NCBI GenBank assembly: GCA_965153455.1 | Contig: OZ234493.1 | Location: 5,084,001-5,148,000, forward strand | Direction: 5' to 3' | Length of the DNA: 64,000 bases | From: Sphagnum compactum | Taxonomy: Eukaryota | Shown here: positions 24,605 to 38,400 of the stretch, piece by piece | Layout: each line of letters opens with the position of its first letter | Numbering within the stretch: the first letter of the stretch is position 1 | Notes under the pieces: generated by a model | Databases searched by the model: none | Told to the model about the DNA's origin: nothing | What the model saw: only the letters and a program-made list of their open reading frames with translations | Made by a program: the position numbers and the translations under genes

Positions 24605-27600
24605 TGTCATGGGCATGAAAAACTACAAGAATAAGAACTAAGCTAAGGACATTATAAGGAAAACAAATCATAAGAAATGTAAGCCTAGGTCTAATCCAAG
24701 ATTATAAACACAAAGATGTAAGGCACAAACACGGTATATGCTAGAAGATGATTCAAACATAATTTTATTTTGATAACATATGAAAACAAAGGTTATGACA
24801 TGAAAATGTACCCAAAATTGGTGTTGAACATACTAAAGGTAATGAGAGGTCCTACCCTTATTTATACCCCATTGTGGACCTAGCTCAAAGAAGCTTCCAT
24901 GTGTGCATTGACCAAGGAAGCTTTTTGAAAAGCTTCCTAACTAATAATTAACTGAAAATCAACTAAAATTTAACTAAATGTTAACTTAGATTAGGGACAT
25001 AGTTCAAAGAAACTTCCATAAAGGCTTCCATGTGTGCACCGACCAGAAAAACTTCTTAAATTTTAAAAAAATTAATAGTGAACTAAAAATTGATTAAAAT
25101 TTAACTGAAGGTTAATTCAAAGTTAACTGAAAGTTAACGATGATGCAAACGATGATGTAAACAACTATGTTGGTGCGAGCGATGATGCAAGCGATAAATG
25201 ATGGTGGTGTCCGTGACATCACTTCCCCTTCTAGCGACGAATTCCACAAGGAGCGCCCTCAGGTTTGTTTAAATATCGATATCAAAATCCTTCATTTTTT
25301 CCATGGTAGTTGATAAGTTCTCGACTAGTTCCCATGTACATTCGTTGATGTCATAACCTTGCTAATGAACTAAATATTGTAACTAACAATGTGATGTCTT
25401 TGAATCTAGGATTTTTTCAACCTCATATTCTTGCTCACCATCAACTATAATTGGTGGAGGTGACTCATGTGTTCCCCCTAGAATGGTAGAAACATGGTAA
25501 GGCTCCAACAATGAAACATAAAACACGAAGTGAATCTTCATGGAATCTAAAAGCTTGAGTTGGAATGTCACCATGTTGATTTGTTTCATGATGGTGAATG
25601 GGCTAAGTCTTTGGTAGTCCAATTTCTTCGACGGTTGAATTATTTTGATGTTTTGTTGTCAAAACCAAACTTGATTTCTAACCTTGAAATTTTGTTGGTC
25701 TTTACGATGTTTGTCAGCATTTTCCTTGTATTGCCTTCAAGTTTTTTCAAGGTTGGATACAAGTTGTGCTCGAATCTATGCTAGCCACATGACTCAATCT
25801 TTAGTTGTAAGATTCATCATTGTCACAACCTTAGCCTTGGGCTCGTGACCAAGGCAAGGGCATGGAAAGGTTTTAGCGGAGAGTGCACCCTAGGAGTCAC
25901 ATTCACACTCCTAGGAGTGCAGAAAGTGTGAGGGAATGAACCCACACACTCCCAAGTGGATTCCCACTTTGGGAGTTGAAGGCTTATGAAGTCTCAAATG
26001 TTCAGAGAGTAATTTTAGGGGTAAAAAATCAATTGGATTGAAGATTTCGTTATACCATTGGAAAGATCTTGAGACATAAATGTCTAAAATGGGATTACAT
26101 GATCCATTTGAGTACTTAAAGCACAAGTTATGGCCAAAAGAAAGGCCAAAAGTCAAAGTGTCAATTTGACTTCCAATCATTAAAATTCAAGAATCGCCTT
26201 GAATTACGCATGTGTAGGTGACATTCCACATTTTGTTGGAAAGCTCTTAATGAGAGTTACAACTTTGCTTTAGACCTCACCTCAATCGGAGGTCTACGCA
26301 AGAAGGTAGGGGCCTTCAAAGTGCCAAGAGTCCCAATTTCGAGAATTTCGAGACTCCCGACTTGGGAGTCTCGGGAAAAATGACATTTGGATGCAGCCCC
26401 CATGGCTGATCATAAAGAATATTATAGGAGGGAAGGTGGTGGCTTCCCCCAAATTCGGGTTGTGGTGAGTCTTGTGAATCCATGTATGCCCGTAGTTCGT
26501 CCATGCACCAAAAGTGCTCAAACTATGCACCAACCAACTTATTGTTTGGTTTATGCAAATCCTTATGAATAATTGACACATTTGTCACTCGTCCTAGTCC
26601 CCATCCTAGAGCTCTAGCATGCCCTTCTTACCCCCGAAATGTTGTGAGTTAAGGAGTGTGCCCTAACTCTTTCTTCCACTATCTTCATTTTCAAACTCGC
26701 ATTTGAGTCTTTCAAGGAGTTTGGGGGTGCGTCAACGACATTGTTTACACCTTGGATGTCAAACTCGGGATGTAAACCATGATTTACAAATAATGGTGTT
26801 TGTCACATTACTGAATGCATCATGTTGTTGTAATAAAACTTTGCCATAGACAAAAGATCCAACCAATTATCTCGGTGATGATGAGTCATATGTAATAGAT
26901 ATCTCCAAGATTTGATTGACCCACTCCGTTTACTCATCTATCTAGGGATGGAAGGTTGATGATAATTTCACCTTCACACGTAATAGCTTGAAGAGCCGCT
27001 TCTAGAACTTGGATGCAAACCAAGGTCCATGATCAGAAATGATGTCTTCAGGAAATCCATGATAGCAAAAAACATAATCAAGGAATAATTTAGTTGTTTT
27101 TTCGCCAACTATTAATTTGTTGCAGAGAATAAAATGAGCCATTTTTGTGAAACGATCCACCACTGCCAAAATGGAATCAAATGAATTAGATCATGGAAAA
27201 TCCATGAAGATCAAAAACCATGGTGAAACATGGACTACTAATGGCTAGGAAGTCCATGAGGGCAATAATGAATATTTTTTGCATGAGCACAAACATCACA
27301 TGAGCCCACAAATTCCTTCACGAACTTCCAAAATTGCGACCACCAATAATCACGAAACACTAACTCTGTGGTTTTGTTGATTCCAAAATGACCAGCAACC
27401 AATGTGTCATGTCTGGCTTGGAGAATTTGAAGTTGTGTAAGGCCTTTCGGTATGTATAACAATCCATCATGATATAGTAAGCCATCATGAAACCCAAATT
27501 TATCAGAATCATTAGGAGGGTTCTTTCGATGACTTCTATCAATAGTGGCATTAGAATCAATGACTAGATCTTCACAAATGCGTTAAAGGAAAGTCTTATC

Positions 27601-30450
27601 CTCAAGAGCTACTGACAATGTTTATAATAAAATGTTTTTGAGTTTGAGAATGGTGTCACATTGTTGATCGTAAGTGGAATCCCCTTCTTTAGGCACGAGG
27701 TACGAACGACGAGATAACGCATCCGTTATTGTCTTATTGTCACCTTGGATGGTAAGTAATCATGAACTGAAATCAAAACAAAGATAATGCCCATCGAACT
27801 TGACATCAATTCAACACACGAGCTGTCATGAATATTGGAAATTCTTGTGATCAAAGTACACAATGATTTCATGTTGAATTCCTTCAAATAAATGACGCCA
27901 CTCTTCAAAGGCATCCACGATGGCCAAGAGTTTTTTGTCATGAATCTCATAGTTGATTTCGGTAGGAAAAAACTTACTAAAACAGAAACCAACTGGATGA
28001 AAAAGATTATATTCTCCAAGTTATGAGAATATGACACCTAATGCAAAGTTAGAGGCGTCCGTCTCCAAGACAAAAGGTTTCAAAGGGTTTGCATGAATCA
28101 AAAGTGGGGCAATTGTGAAAGAGGCCTTCAAAGATTGAAAGACATTTTCAACTTCAACTCCCCAAGAAAAAGGTTGATCCTTTTAAGTGAGACAAATAAA
28201 AAAGGTCACTATCGTGGAATAATGTGCAATGAATCTCCGATAGAAATTTGGAAACCTAAAAAAACATTGAACTTCCCACATAAAAGTTGAGGTAGCTCGA
28301 TCCACAATTGTTTAAACCTTACAAAGGTCCTTTCGAACGCCATCTCTAAAAATAATATAACCCAAGAATTCCACCTCAAATTGATGGAATCCACACTTTT
28401 CCAATTTGGCATAAAATCAACTTTTCGAAACTTTTCCAAAATAAGACATACATGGCGCTCATGGTTTGTCATGTTTTTTGAGAAAATGAGGATGTCATCA
28501 ATGCAACAAACCATAAAATCATCCAAATATACATGGAAAACATCATTCATCATATGTTGAAAGATAGTAGGTGCATTAATACGGCCAAAGGGCATCACAA
28601 CATATTTAAAATGGTCGTAACAAGTTCCAAACATTGTCTTCCATTCATCACCTTCTTGAATGCACACCAAGTTATATGTTTCATGTAGGTTAATCTTGGT
28701 GTACACTTTGGCATGACTAAGTTGGTCCAACAATCTTGAGATCAAGGGAAAAGGGTATTTATTCTTGATGGTGAGTCAATTTAGTCCATGGTAATCAACA
28801 CACATGCGTAGAGATCCCTTTTTTTGACAAATAGGATTAGAGCACCAACTGGAGGTTTGGAGTGTCGAATGAACCCCTTTTCAAGATTTTCGTCAATGTA
28901 TTCTCAAAGCACTAAAAGTTCATCCTTCGATAAGTTATAGATGGGTCCAAACGAGGGCTAAGCTCCTTCCCCAAATCAATCACACAATCATATGGCTGAT
29001 GTTTAGGTAATGTGTTTGTATGTTTCTTTTCAAAAACATCTTTGTAGTCTTGGTACTAAATAAGGAATTCATGTTGATGTGTCCCAAAATCAAGGGTTAG
29101 AATGGCATACACAAAGAATGCATCTTCCTTCTTTGTTGCTTGTATAAATGCTCTTACTCCCACGAACAAAGGCTTGAACGTTTGGATTTTTGGTTACCCC
29201 CAATATTTCCTTCACACTTGAAAATTTGCATGCGTTAACTGGTTCTTGTTATGTCTTCACGTGTATAATCATGTTCAGAATCCAACATGTTTGTTGGAAA
29301 AGCTTCGCATTTTTGTGTAGTTTTGTTTACTGATTCAAAATGAAGATTCTTCGTCTTCCAATCCACCCAAGGATTATGCAAAATGAGCCATGATAACCCA
29401 ATGATGATAGGGTTTGTCAAAGATGAGATGACATTAAATACAACTTTATTACCGTGTGACCTAATTGTTATCATCAACACATTGGTTTCATGTGTTACAA
29501 GTCCTGAAGAAAGGTTTCGACCATTGATCACTTCAACCGCCACTAGTGTCACTTTTTCCACCAACGCGAAGTTATGTTGTCATACCAACTCCTGTTGATG
29601 AAACATGCAAATGCCCCTAAGTTAAGAAGTACTTAAGTTTGCATAGTTGTGGATTTACCACCCTTGATCGCGATGGGCAACAAAAAACAAGGTGTTGGGA
29701 TTTGAAGACAAGGTAGGACCGTTTTAAAAGCATGATGCATCGAAGTCCATTTTCATAGTCCCTACTGAAACTGAATATCTTCGTTTCCTTTCTTTTTTGG
29801 CCCTTGGGTAGTGGTAAAAGTTGTGGCGTGTGTTGCATGTTGAACATGTTTCTTTGGATAAGCACTAACTATGTGGCTTGGTTCTCCAAAGTACAAACAA
29901 AAATTGTTTACATGTTGACATTGTTTATCTTGTTTTGTAAATGGTTTGAATCAAGTCTTGTTGATTTGCATGGGGTTGTCATTGGGTGCATACATCATAT
30001 GTTTGGGTTGTAACATGGGTGGTGTGAATTGCCTCAATGTTGGTGATGGTTCCCAACGCTTCTCCTGTCGATGTCCAAAAGTCGATTATCACAACCCACA
30101 ACTTATGCAATTATTTGACTCAAGGTCGTGGGATTAGGCATGGTCAATAAAACGTCCTTCACGCATCCACGGAATCCAAATTGAAATTTGTTCATGAGCA
30201 CAACCTTGTCCCATGAAATGTCACATGCTAGTTGTCTGAATTTAGAAGAGTACATAGAAGCTAGGCATGATCCTTGGCAAAAAGTTTGTAACTTGCTTGT
30301 TGTTGTATGTTCTTTGTTTGAATCACCAAAAGACACACCAAATTCTTCAAGAAATGCTTCAAAGTCGTTTAAAAGAGGAGACTGACGTCCAAAAGAGGTG
30401 TAAACAATGCTAAAGTTCTGCTTGATAATAAGGTGCCAATGAGTCTAACT
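24605..30450 (-). mobile_element. Ty3/Gypsy chromovirus (Tcn1-like), decayed, 5' LTR missing; 3' LTR 24605-25218
   Basis: gag (FGDSNKE..KLQTFCQG..FRQLACDISWD, 30100-30450), Zn-knuckle relic (about 29880), protease region (29380-29620), RT (EGDEWKT..VMPFG..CIDDILIFSK, 28200-28900), RNase H (ETDASNFALG, about 28050), integrase (HDTLVAGHFG..CDVC, 26740-27450), chromodomain (EYEVEKILDS..YLVH*QGY..TWE, 25310-25440), PPT AGAAGGGGAAGTGA (25219-25232), LTR ends TGTCACGG..CCATGACA. Confidence 0.93.
25821..26734. mobile_element. Solo LTR of a second family, nested in the Gypsy integrase
   Basis: 914 bp, TGTCACAACC...GGTGCGTCA (TG..CA with short imperfect inverted ends). Integrase sequence resumes on both sides. 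5-bp flanks ATCAT/ACGAC are poorly matched. Confidence 0.8.
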
Positions 30451-30454
30451 TCCA

Positions 30455-32275
30455 TGTTCATCAAAATGGCCCTTATTTTAGTAGTGGCTACTAGCCTTTT
30501 CCAAATCAACCTTTTAAATGAATGACATTGAGGGCACATATTTGTGCAAGCCAAACATCTTCAGCATTAACACAAGCAAAAAGTGAAATCATGAACCATG
30601 ACCATGCATTATTTTTTTACTAGGCAACATTAATAACATAACTGCTTGGAACTACTAAAGCTTAACAAGGGTGCTTGTAAGTTGACCCTAGTGTGTGAAT
30701 ATTAACTTACCATGGTTATATAATGCATCATCAAACAAGTGGTCACCAACAAATTGCATATTGGCCATGTCTGGCTGAACAATGAAATTTTCAATATCCT
30801 TGAGCTAATCAATCTTGGCATATGCAGGTTAAACTCCCATCGTAGACTCATTAACCTTCTTACATACCATGAGCAAGTACTTGACAATAGCTTCATATGT
30901 TGTGACATTAAAAGTTTGATTGATGACCTCATTGAATTGGATAACATCATTAGCCTTGATAAATGACTCAATTGCATCACTAACAAGCCCTTCCTTAGTT
31001 GTGCCTTACCAACCTAACCCCACACTTCATCCTTTCCCATTCAAGCTGCAAACTCAACAACTCGATCAATACTATGGATGTTATCCAAAAGCACATTCAC
31101 TGCTTACACATTGAGGTCAAATTTCTTGACCATGGCAAGGGCTTCCTCATACAACTCTACACCAACATCAATTCCTCCTACTATTGGACCATCAAAGTTG
31201 TTCAACCTGTTGATGTAGTCCATGACTTGAGTCTTATCGGCCTTGATAGTTGCTAAGATGAGAATATTTTCAATTTTATGATTATCACTAGAAGCAAAGT
31301 TCTAAAGGACAACCTTCCTAAGAAGCTTAACTAGCTTGTGGGGCAAATATGTTGTCATGAGAGCCACAACTGTGGTTGAAACTTGCTATAGGTTCTTATT
31401 CTCTGGCAATGTTGTGGAAACAACATGGTCAATAAGTTGTCGCCTGTAAGGATTTGCCTCATTAAACACTTTTGCCCATAATTTAGGTTCCATGCACTCC
31501 ACCACATATATAGATTGAAGCTTGAATAATGGGCTTTTGTTGGTAACATTAACAAGTTCATCATCACACTAGCTTCACGAATATGCCACAATTGTAAGAG
31601 TGGGGTCACGCTTTTCACACACTTGCTTACAACTTAGGAACCATAGTATGGAATTGTGGTGAGGAAATGTTCAAGATTGCTGTTGGTAACAACAATAATT
31701 CATCCAAGAGCATTGTGCACAATAAATGCACAATGACTCTTTTCATTCCACAACATGCCCTATACATTGTGTCAGTGGCCTCAATCAATTGTACTTCTCC
31801 CACTCATCAACAAGAGGCTCCATTAATAGCAAAGACCATATTAACAAAATGGGACACTTAATGAAGCCTTACGGGCAACTGATCTTCTAATAATTAGCAC
31901 AACATTTTATGGATTGACCTTTTGAACATAACTTTCAATGTATTGGAACATGTTGGATAGAGTAGAGATAATGGGTGAAATTGGGCACAAATCCATGGCG
32001 GTCACATACCTTGATATGTGGTCATGCATTGGGAGCTTTGACTCCATCAAAAAGTTCTTGGTTCGCCCTAAAGGGTAGAAGTTGGATTTTGTGGTGGCGT
32101 GTTTCACTTCTTTGATTTCGCCAGTCCTTGCTACATAAGACTTGAATTGTTCAAACAATTTCAAGAGGATTTGATTTGGCCGAGTCATTATTATTGTTTA
32201 AGACTTGAATTATGCAGACAGTTTCACACATGAATCCACACCTAGCTATGTAAGTCTCTTACATCATACCACTAA
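30455..32275 (-). pseudogene. CHC: Clathrin heavy chain pseudogene, copy B, 5' part
   Basis: [120 protein letters not shown]. No intron visible; many stops. Confidence 0.9.
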
Positions 32276-32279
32276 AACA

Positions 32280-33320
32280 AAATTCCAAGCTAGTTTTATG
32301 CAAATTTCCATACACATTGTCTTAAAAAAAACTGACTAGTTGATACACTACATAGTTATTGTTGTAACCTAGTTCCAAATTTTGCATGTTTGAACATCCA
32401 AAGGACCCCATGCTCCATTAGCTTCTCACAACCATAGTTGGCATACATAATTCCAAGCTCTCTGCAAACACCCATATGAACACCTCCAACCAAAGCCCAC
32501 TTTCCATGAGCATAATGAGCTCATCAAAGTGGCCCTTGTTCTAGTAGTATTTGTTGACCTTTCCCAAGTCATTAACCTGGACAATGACATTGAGACCACA
32601 AATTTGCACAAACCAAACTTTTATGACTTCAACACAAGGAAAACAAACCTTGTTCCATGTCCATTCATTGTTTTGCCTTTTGAACAACCTTGATAGTTCG
32701 TTGGAACTACAGAAGCTTAACAAGGGTGCTTGCAAGCCAGCCCCAATTTGCTATGTTTGAATATTAGCTTTGTAACTTCATATAGTGCACCATCAAAGCT
32801 TTAAGAGGCGGTCACCAAGAGACTACAAATTGGCCACAATTGGTTAAAGAGTTCACCCTTCAATATCCTTGAGTTAATCAATTTTGGTATATGCAAATAT
32901 AAGCTCAGAGTCCACCCTTGGCTCCTTCACCTTCTTCATTACCATGAGCAAGCACTTGACAAGATCCTCATTTGCCTTGACATTAAAAGCTTGATTGATA
33001 ACCTCATTGAATTGAGTAGCATCATTAGCCTTGATAAATGATTCAATTGCATCATTGACAAGCCCTTCCTTAGTTGCGCCCTACCAACTTGACTCTAAAC
33101 CTCATCTTCTTCCACTCAAGCTGCAAACTCAATAGGCTAATCAATTTTGAGGATGTTATCCAAAAGCACATTCATTGTTTGCACATCGAGGTCAAACTTC
33201 TTGACCATGGCAATGGCTTCCTCATATAACTCTGCACCAACATCAATTCCTCCTACTACTGTACCATCCAAGTTGTCCAACGTGTTGATGTAGTCCATGA
33301 CTCAAAATCTATCTGTTCAT
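32280..33320 (-). pseudogene. CHC: Clathrin heavy chain pseudogene, copy A (tandem, overlapping the same protein region)
   Basis: [81 protein letters not shown], then a ~130-bp tail similar to 23815-23950. Confidence 0.9.
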
Positions 33321-34594
33321 CCACTAGACCCATCTAATGAGTTTATGCCCACTAAGCCATCATTAGAAATTGTAGTGAAAATGTTTAGATCATTGATCTT
33401 CCACTAGATTTCCACTAGGCATTGTCTGGTATTACAACTCCATTAACTATGTACCAGCATCCACTACTAACTAACAAATGATTTATGGGTTCCATGTGGT
33501 GTTTATAGGTGCTACCGCCCAAGAAATGGTATGTGCATGGGAATTGGTCATGTGACAATGCTCCAATTGTGTTGGGCCAAGATGGCAATAATGGCACACA
33601 TGGCCAACCAAAAATTGTATACCTTTCAGAGTTCCTTCAGCAACATGAAGGGTTCCAATAAAAGGCCACTCATTATGTGTGGAAGAAGGAAGCAAGGAAG
33701 TTCCATGGGGAATTACAAATAGAGGTGAAGCAATGTGTGGCAACTGGGCAACGACAGCCAGTCAAAATCCCACTAATGAAGTTGGGGAGATTTTGAGTCA
33801 TAGAACATACTAGCAACAAACGGTAAGGGAGGTGGGATACATTCATTTGGACGTGTCAATTCACAACTTTAGGTTGCACACAAAAGCACAATGGGATGCC
33901 ATCCATGGTGATCTTGCAAAGCTTTTCATTATTGACCCACCACTCAAGCCTTTCATAGTGGAGAGGTACTTGCAAAAACAGTTGAAACCTGCAAGACAAA
34001 AGTGGAAGATATGGAATGTAGGAGGTGACACAACAAGGTCAGACACTTGTCTAATGCATGCATGGAAAAACTTGGTGAAGTATTGGAAAACCCCCCATGT
34101 TGAACATGAAAATGAGTGGATGTGAAAAATCCACACGATGGTGAACAATCCATGGAAACTCAAGTGCATGTCCATCGTTCGTAGGATGTCATTAGAGGTA
34201 GAATATATAGTAATGTAGTTACAATGCTAGATTTTGTCTTTGTTCATTGAATCCCCATTAATTCACATGTTTTCACATTCAAGCTAATTGTGAAATGCAT
34301 ATTTGGTGTAGGGTATAGTGGGAGGAGCTAGTGTATGGTAGTCACGGAGCCTTAACAAAATGTCCACCAACAGCAAATGTCCAACTTTTCCATTAGTTAA
34401 TGCAATTCTAGCTCTATTTAGGACCTAGAAGAAGGCATTAAAACTAGGATCTAATTTCAAACATTCATGGTAGAATGCAATTTTAGTTGGACTCTAGTGG
34501 AGGTGGGGCTCTAGCCAATGGAAGGAAGCAAAACTTTTAATTCCACACTGTGAAATGGAATTCCAATGGAATTGTAATGTAGTTCATTTTAGTG

Positions 34595-35480
34595 CAATTG
34601 TTGTAGTGAATGGAGTCCAATAAGTGGAGCCTAGAATGGGGCTCTAATTTATGGGGTTCAACGGAATGCACTTAGATTTATAAGTGGAATGCCTCCATTG
34701 GAACTACATTGAGTGAAGTCCAACACATCCTAGAGAGTGGCATTGTACTCCTTAACACTTAGACTTCTAAGTGGAATGACTCCACTGGAATTACATTGAA
34801 TGAAATCCATTAGTTACAATGGAGTGGAATTGCAATGGACCTTAGTCAAATTTTGAGGTGGGATGATTCCACTAGAACTATAGTAATTGAACACCAATAG
34901 TTCCATTGGAGTGGGGCTCCAATGGAAGACATTTAGACTTCCAAGTGGAATACTCCATTTGGAATTACAAGGAATGAATTCTAGTAGTTCCATTGCGGTG
35001 GGGATTTAGTGGAAGCCATTCACACTTCCACTAAAGTTCCATTAATTACATTGGGTGCAATCTATTAGTTCCACTAAAATGGATCTCTAGTGGAAGTATT
35101 GGAAACTTCCAAATGGAATCATTCCACTAGAACTACATTAATTGAACAATCATTAGTTCCATTGGAATAATGTTCTAATGGAAGGCTTCCACACTTCCAA
35201 AGTGGAATGACTCCACTAGGATTCCACTAGAATTACATTGATTGAAATCCATTAGTTTGCCGACAATGCATCTTTAGTGGAAAGATCCCTAAACTTCCAA
35301 GTGGAATGATTGCAATAAAACTACACTAATTTAATAATCATTAGTTCCATTGGAGTAAGGCTCTAATGGAAGGCATAAGTACATTTAGAACTTAGACATT
35401 GAATGAAGTAGTTCCACTGGGGTGGGGCTTTAGTGTGTGCCATTCACACTTCCAAAGTTCATAGTTTTCCACTAGAATTA
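34595..35480. repeat. 87-bp tandem repeat rich in the palindrome TCCA(C/T)TGGA, ~10 copies
   Basis: A(A/G)GTGG(A/G)AT unit starts at 34682, 34769, 34856 and 34943, continuing degenerate to about 35480. Confidence 0.85.
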
Positions 35481-38400
35481 CACAATGTCCATAAACTCCA
35501 CTAAAATGGGGCTTGAGTGGTTGGCCCATAGACTGTCCAGTGGATTGAATTGGTTTGAATCTAAGGTGGGGATCTAGATAACGAAAGGCACCATGAACTT
35601 CATTTGGAACCTTCTTTGGAGGTTTGGATTTGCAGCACAGTAGCAACATGCACAACATCATTAAAAGTCCCTAACTCTTGTTTTTCAGATGGCTATGTTA
35701 TTACAATTCTTCACAAAGTTACTTATATCCCAGTTGTCCTTTCAAATCCAAAATTGTAAGAAGCCTAGGTTGCAAGAGTGCTTAGAGAATCTATGCACAT
35801 TTTAGGATTCTCTTAGACACTCTCACCGTACCATTATTGATGTCAAATCCTTTGGCTGATTCTCCTTTGCCTTTGGGTAAATTCCAATTACACAATTCCA
35901 TATGTTGTTTCCTCTTTGTTGACATAGATCAATCCAAATTGTGCCACGCATGAAGATTAATGAGGTTGTGTTTGTTTCAACAATTAGGTGCATTGATAAG
36001 GTATATAGGCATTCGGGTACAGTTTCAAACATCAGAATTGGAGAGTGTTGGGTTAATGAAATAGTAGTGTAAATAATCTAGCAAGAAAATTGGTTGGGAA
36101 GAGTGAGATTGGCCTCAACTTTTTTTTGCTCTTGCTAAAACTACTCCATTTCTAATCATTTTTCACTAGGTAGAAACAATGATCTATATCCATAAGTCCA
36201 TTTGTTTGGCTGGGATAACAATGAATTTAGACATCATGTGTCTAATGATTAGTTGTTGGATCATTCAAGAAAAGGTGTCTAAAGTTAATCAAGGATCCTC
36301 TTATATCTGAGAATGTTTATTATTGAAGTGACAAGTCTTTTCATCATCATGAAGGCTTGAATGGAAATTTGCACTTTGTAGTTACCTCGTTTTACATGTC
36401 ACCATGTTGACATGAGATTTGTTGTGATCAAATTGGCTGATGGGAATGTTGTGCAAAGGCCTTAGATTACAAGGAGCTGGGCAAGTGCTAAGCAACATTA
36501 GAGGATGATGCACCTAAATTTTTTATGAATTTGAATTATAGTGAAATAAAGTGTACATAGTTGATTTATGTGCTTGCAACTATATTATTGGTCAGAAAAC
36601 TTTATTGCTTAAAATTCATGTATGGTGCTAATTTCATATGCATTGGGTGTGGGCTCGCTTGTGGTGAACAACAAAGCATAGGGCATCTACAAAGAACAAA
36701 AAAGGTGAAGATTGAGCAAAGCTCTATGCTCGATGTTGAGTGAAAGGCAACCATCAAGGCCAAGTTGGATAGCTTGGTGGCAAGGATGGCCAAAGTGGAG
36801 CCGTGGTGGACTCCATAAATGAAATAAAAGCAATGTTCCAACAAAAGCTACGTTTTGAGCATCGAGAGTTGCTACCCCACGAGCCGATGTACACCACCAT
36901 GTCGACATCCACAACCCAAATGCACAACCCTCCATCCGAGCCCAATGTTTTAAAGGAGGTGGCATATACCTTGGTGCCACCATTAGTTGAGTTTTCCTCC
37001 ACCCCCCCATGTCTTAAATTTACTCCAACTCATGACCTTGGAGTAAAGGCATGTGGGTGTGAACACAACCTTTGCTGAGTTGTTGGATGTGATTGTGGGT
37101 GTTGCTAACAAAGGGGGGAGAGTGGATGGTTCCAAAAAAATTGGTGGGGATGAAATAGAAGATGTTTTGGGACAAATGCAGGGGTTTGTTGTTGTTAAAG
37201 TCCAACAACTTGGGGCAATTGAAGTCCAGGAATCAGCTACTGTTGAAGTCCATGAGTCAACTGTTGCAGAAGTCTAGGAGGTTATTGTGTTTGGAATGCA
37301 AGGGCTTACTACGTTTGCAGTGCAAGAGAAACAAGCAATGGAGCCCTTTCTATGCAGAGTGGAATTTGTTTTCTCAAAAAAACTTTGATTTGCCAGAGGG
37401 CTCATCTCATATAATAGCAGGCTAGCGTAATCTTAAATTGTTTGGGCTAAAGCCATTTGTTTACTTTGTAAACCTTTTGTCTCAAGATTTTTAAAAAAAA
37501 AATTGGCAATCTCTATTGTGTTTTCTTCCATTTGCCCCAAGCAGAAAAGGAGGCCGCAAAGCAAACATATTTTGGAACAAGCATTGTTAATAACTTGTCA
37601 ACTACACCTTCCCAAATTATTCCAATAAACTATGAATTTGACCCATTAGAATTTAATTTTCCTATAGGCCAAGTTGTTCAAAACAAGGGGTATAAGACTT
37701 TAGGGGGGTCACATATGGATGACTTGGGCTATGCACCCATACGGCCAAAAAGATGTTGGGAAACACCCAAGCAATTGCTTGTTTAAGGGAGAGTGGTTAT
37801 AGTGCCAAATCTTCAGATAGTGCCTCCTTTAGTGCCTCCTTGTTGTGGCCCAAAATAGTCAACAGTTTGGAAAAGCACATAACCACACAAAGGCAAAGAA
37901 GGTTGGTCATGCCCATCACTTGTTGGAAATGAAGGGATCTTCTAAAGGTAAGGATGTTCATGTGTTGGGGACAAAAGTGGATGATGCAACTTCTAAGCAA
38001 GTGGTCACTGATGTGCTGGCAAGTGATGTCAATGCACCTAAAGTTAGAGATGAGGTACTTCCCCAACACAAAGATTTGGCTATGGCGATGCATAAAGATG
38101 TAGCAAAAACTCATGAAGAAGCTTATGCACATGATGTAGCCACAATGGCAGTCCCAATCAAAGAGAAAGAAAATGGGATGGTAACATGTTCTGGTACGCC
38201 AACTCTCCCTCAAGGTACTTAGAGGTCAATGAACAAGTTAGCATTTAAGCCTAACCTCAGAAAGGTTCCAGAATTACCTAACGTAGCATTCAAACCACCA
38301 AAAGGCAAGGCCACCTGAAGACCCCCTACACCTTTAGTAGGAACAAGCAAGGATAAAAAACATCATGTTGTTTTTTTACATCCTCGAAATGATTTTGTAA

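Noticed and set aside
23815..33320. Functional clathrin heavy chain gene with the retroelement as an intron
   Set aside because: Numerous stops, frameshifts and deletions, and the N-terminal part is absent.
34595..35480. CRISPR-like appearance of the regularly spaced palindromic array (also 22195-22820)
   Set aside because: Whole units are homologous, there are no unique spacers or cas genes, and the context is eukaryotic.
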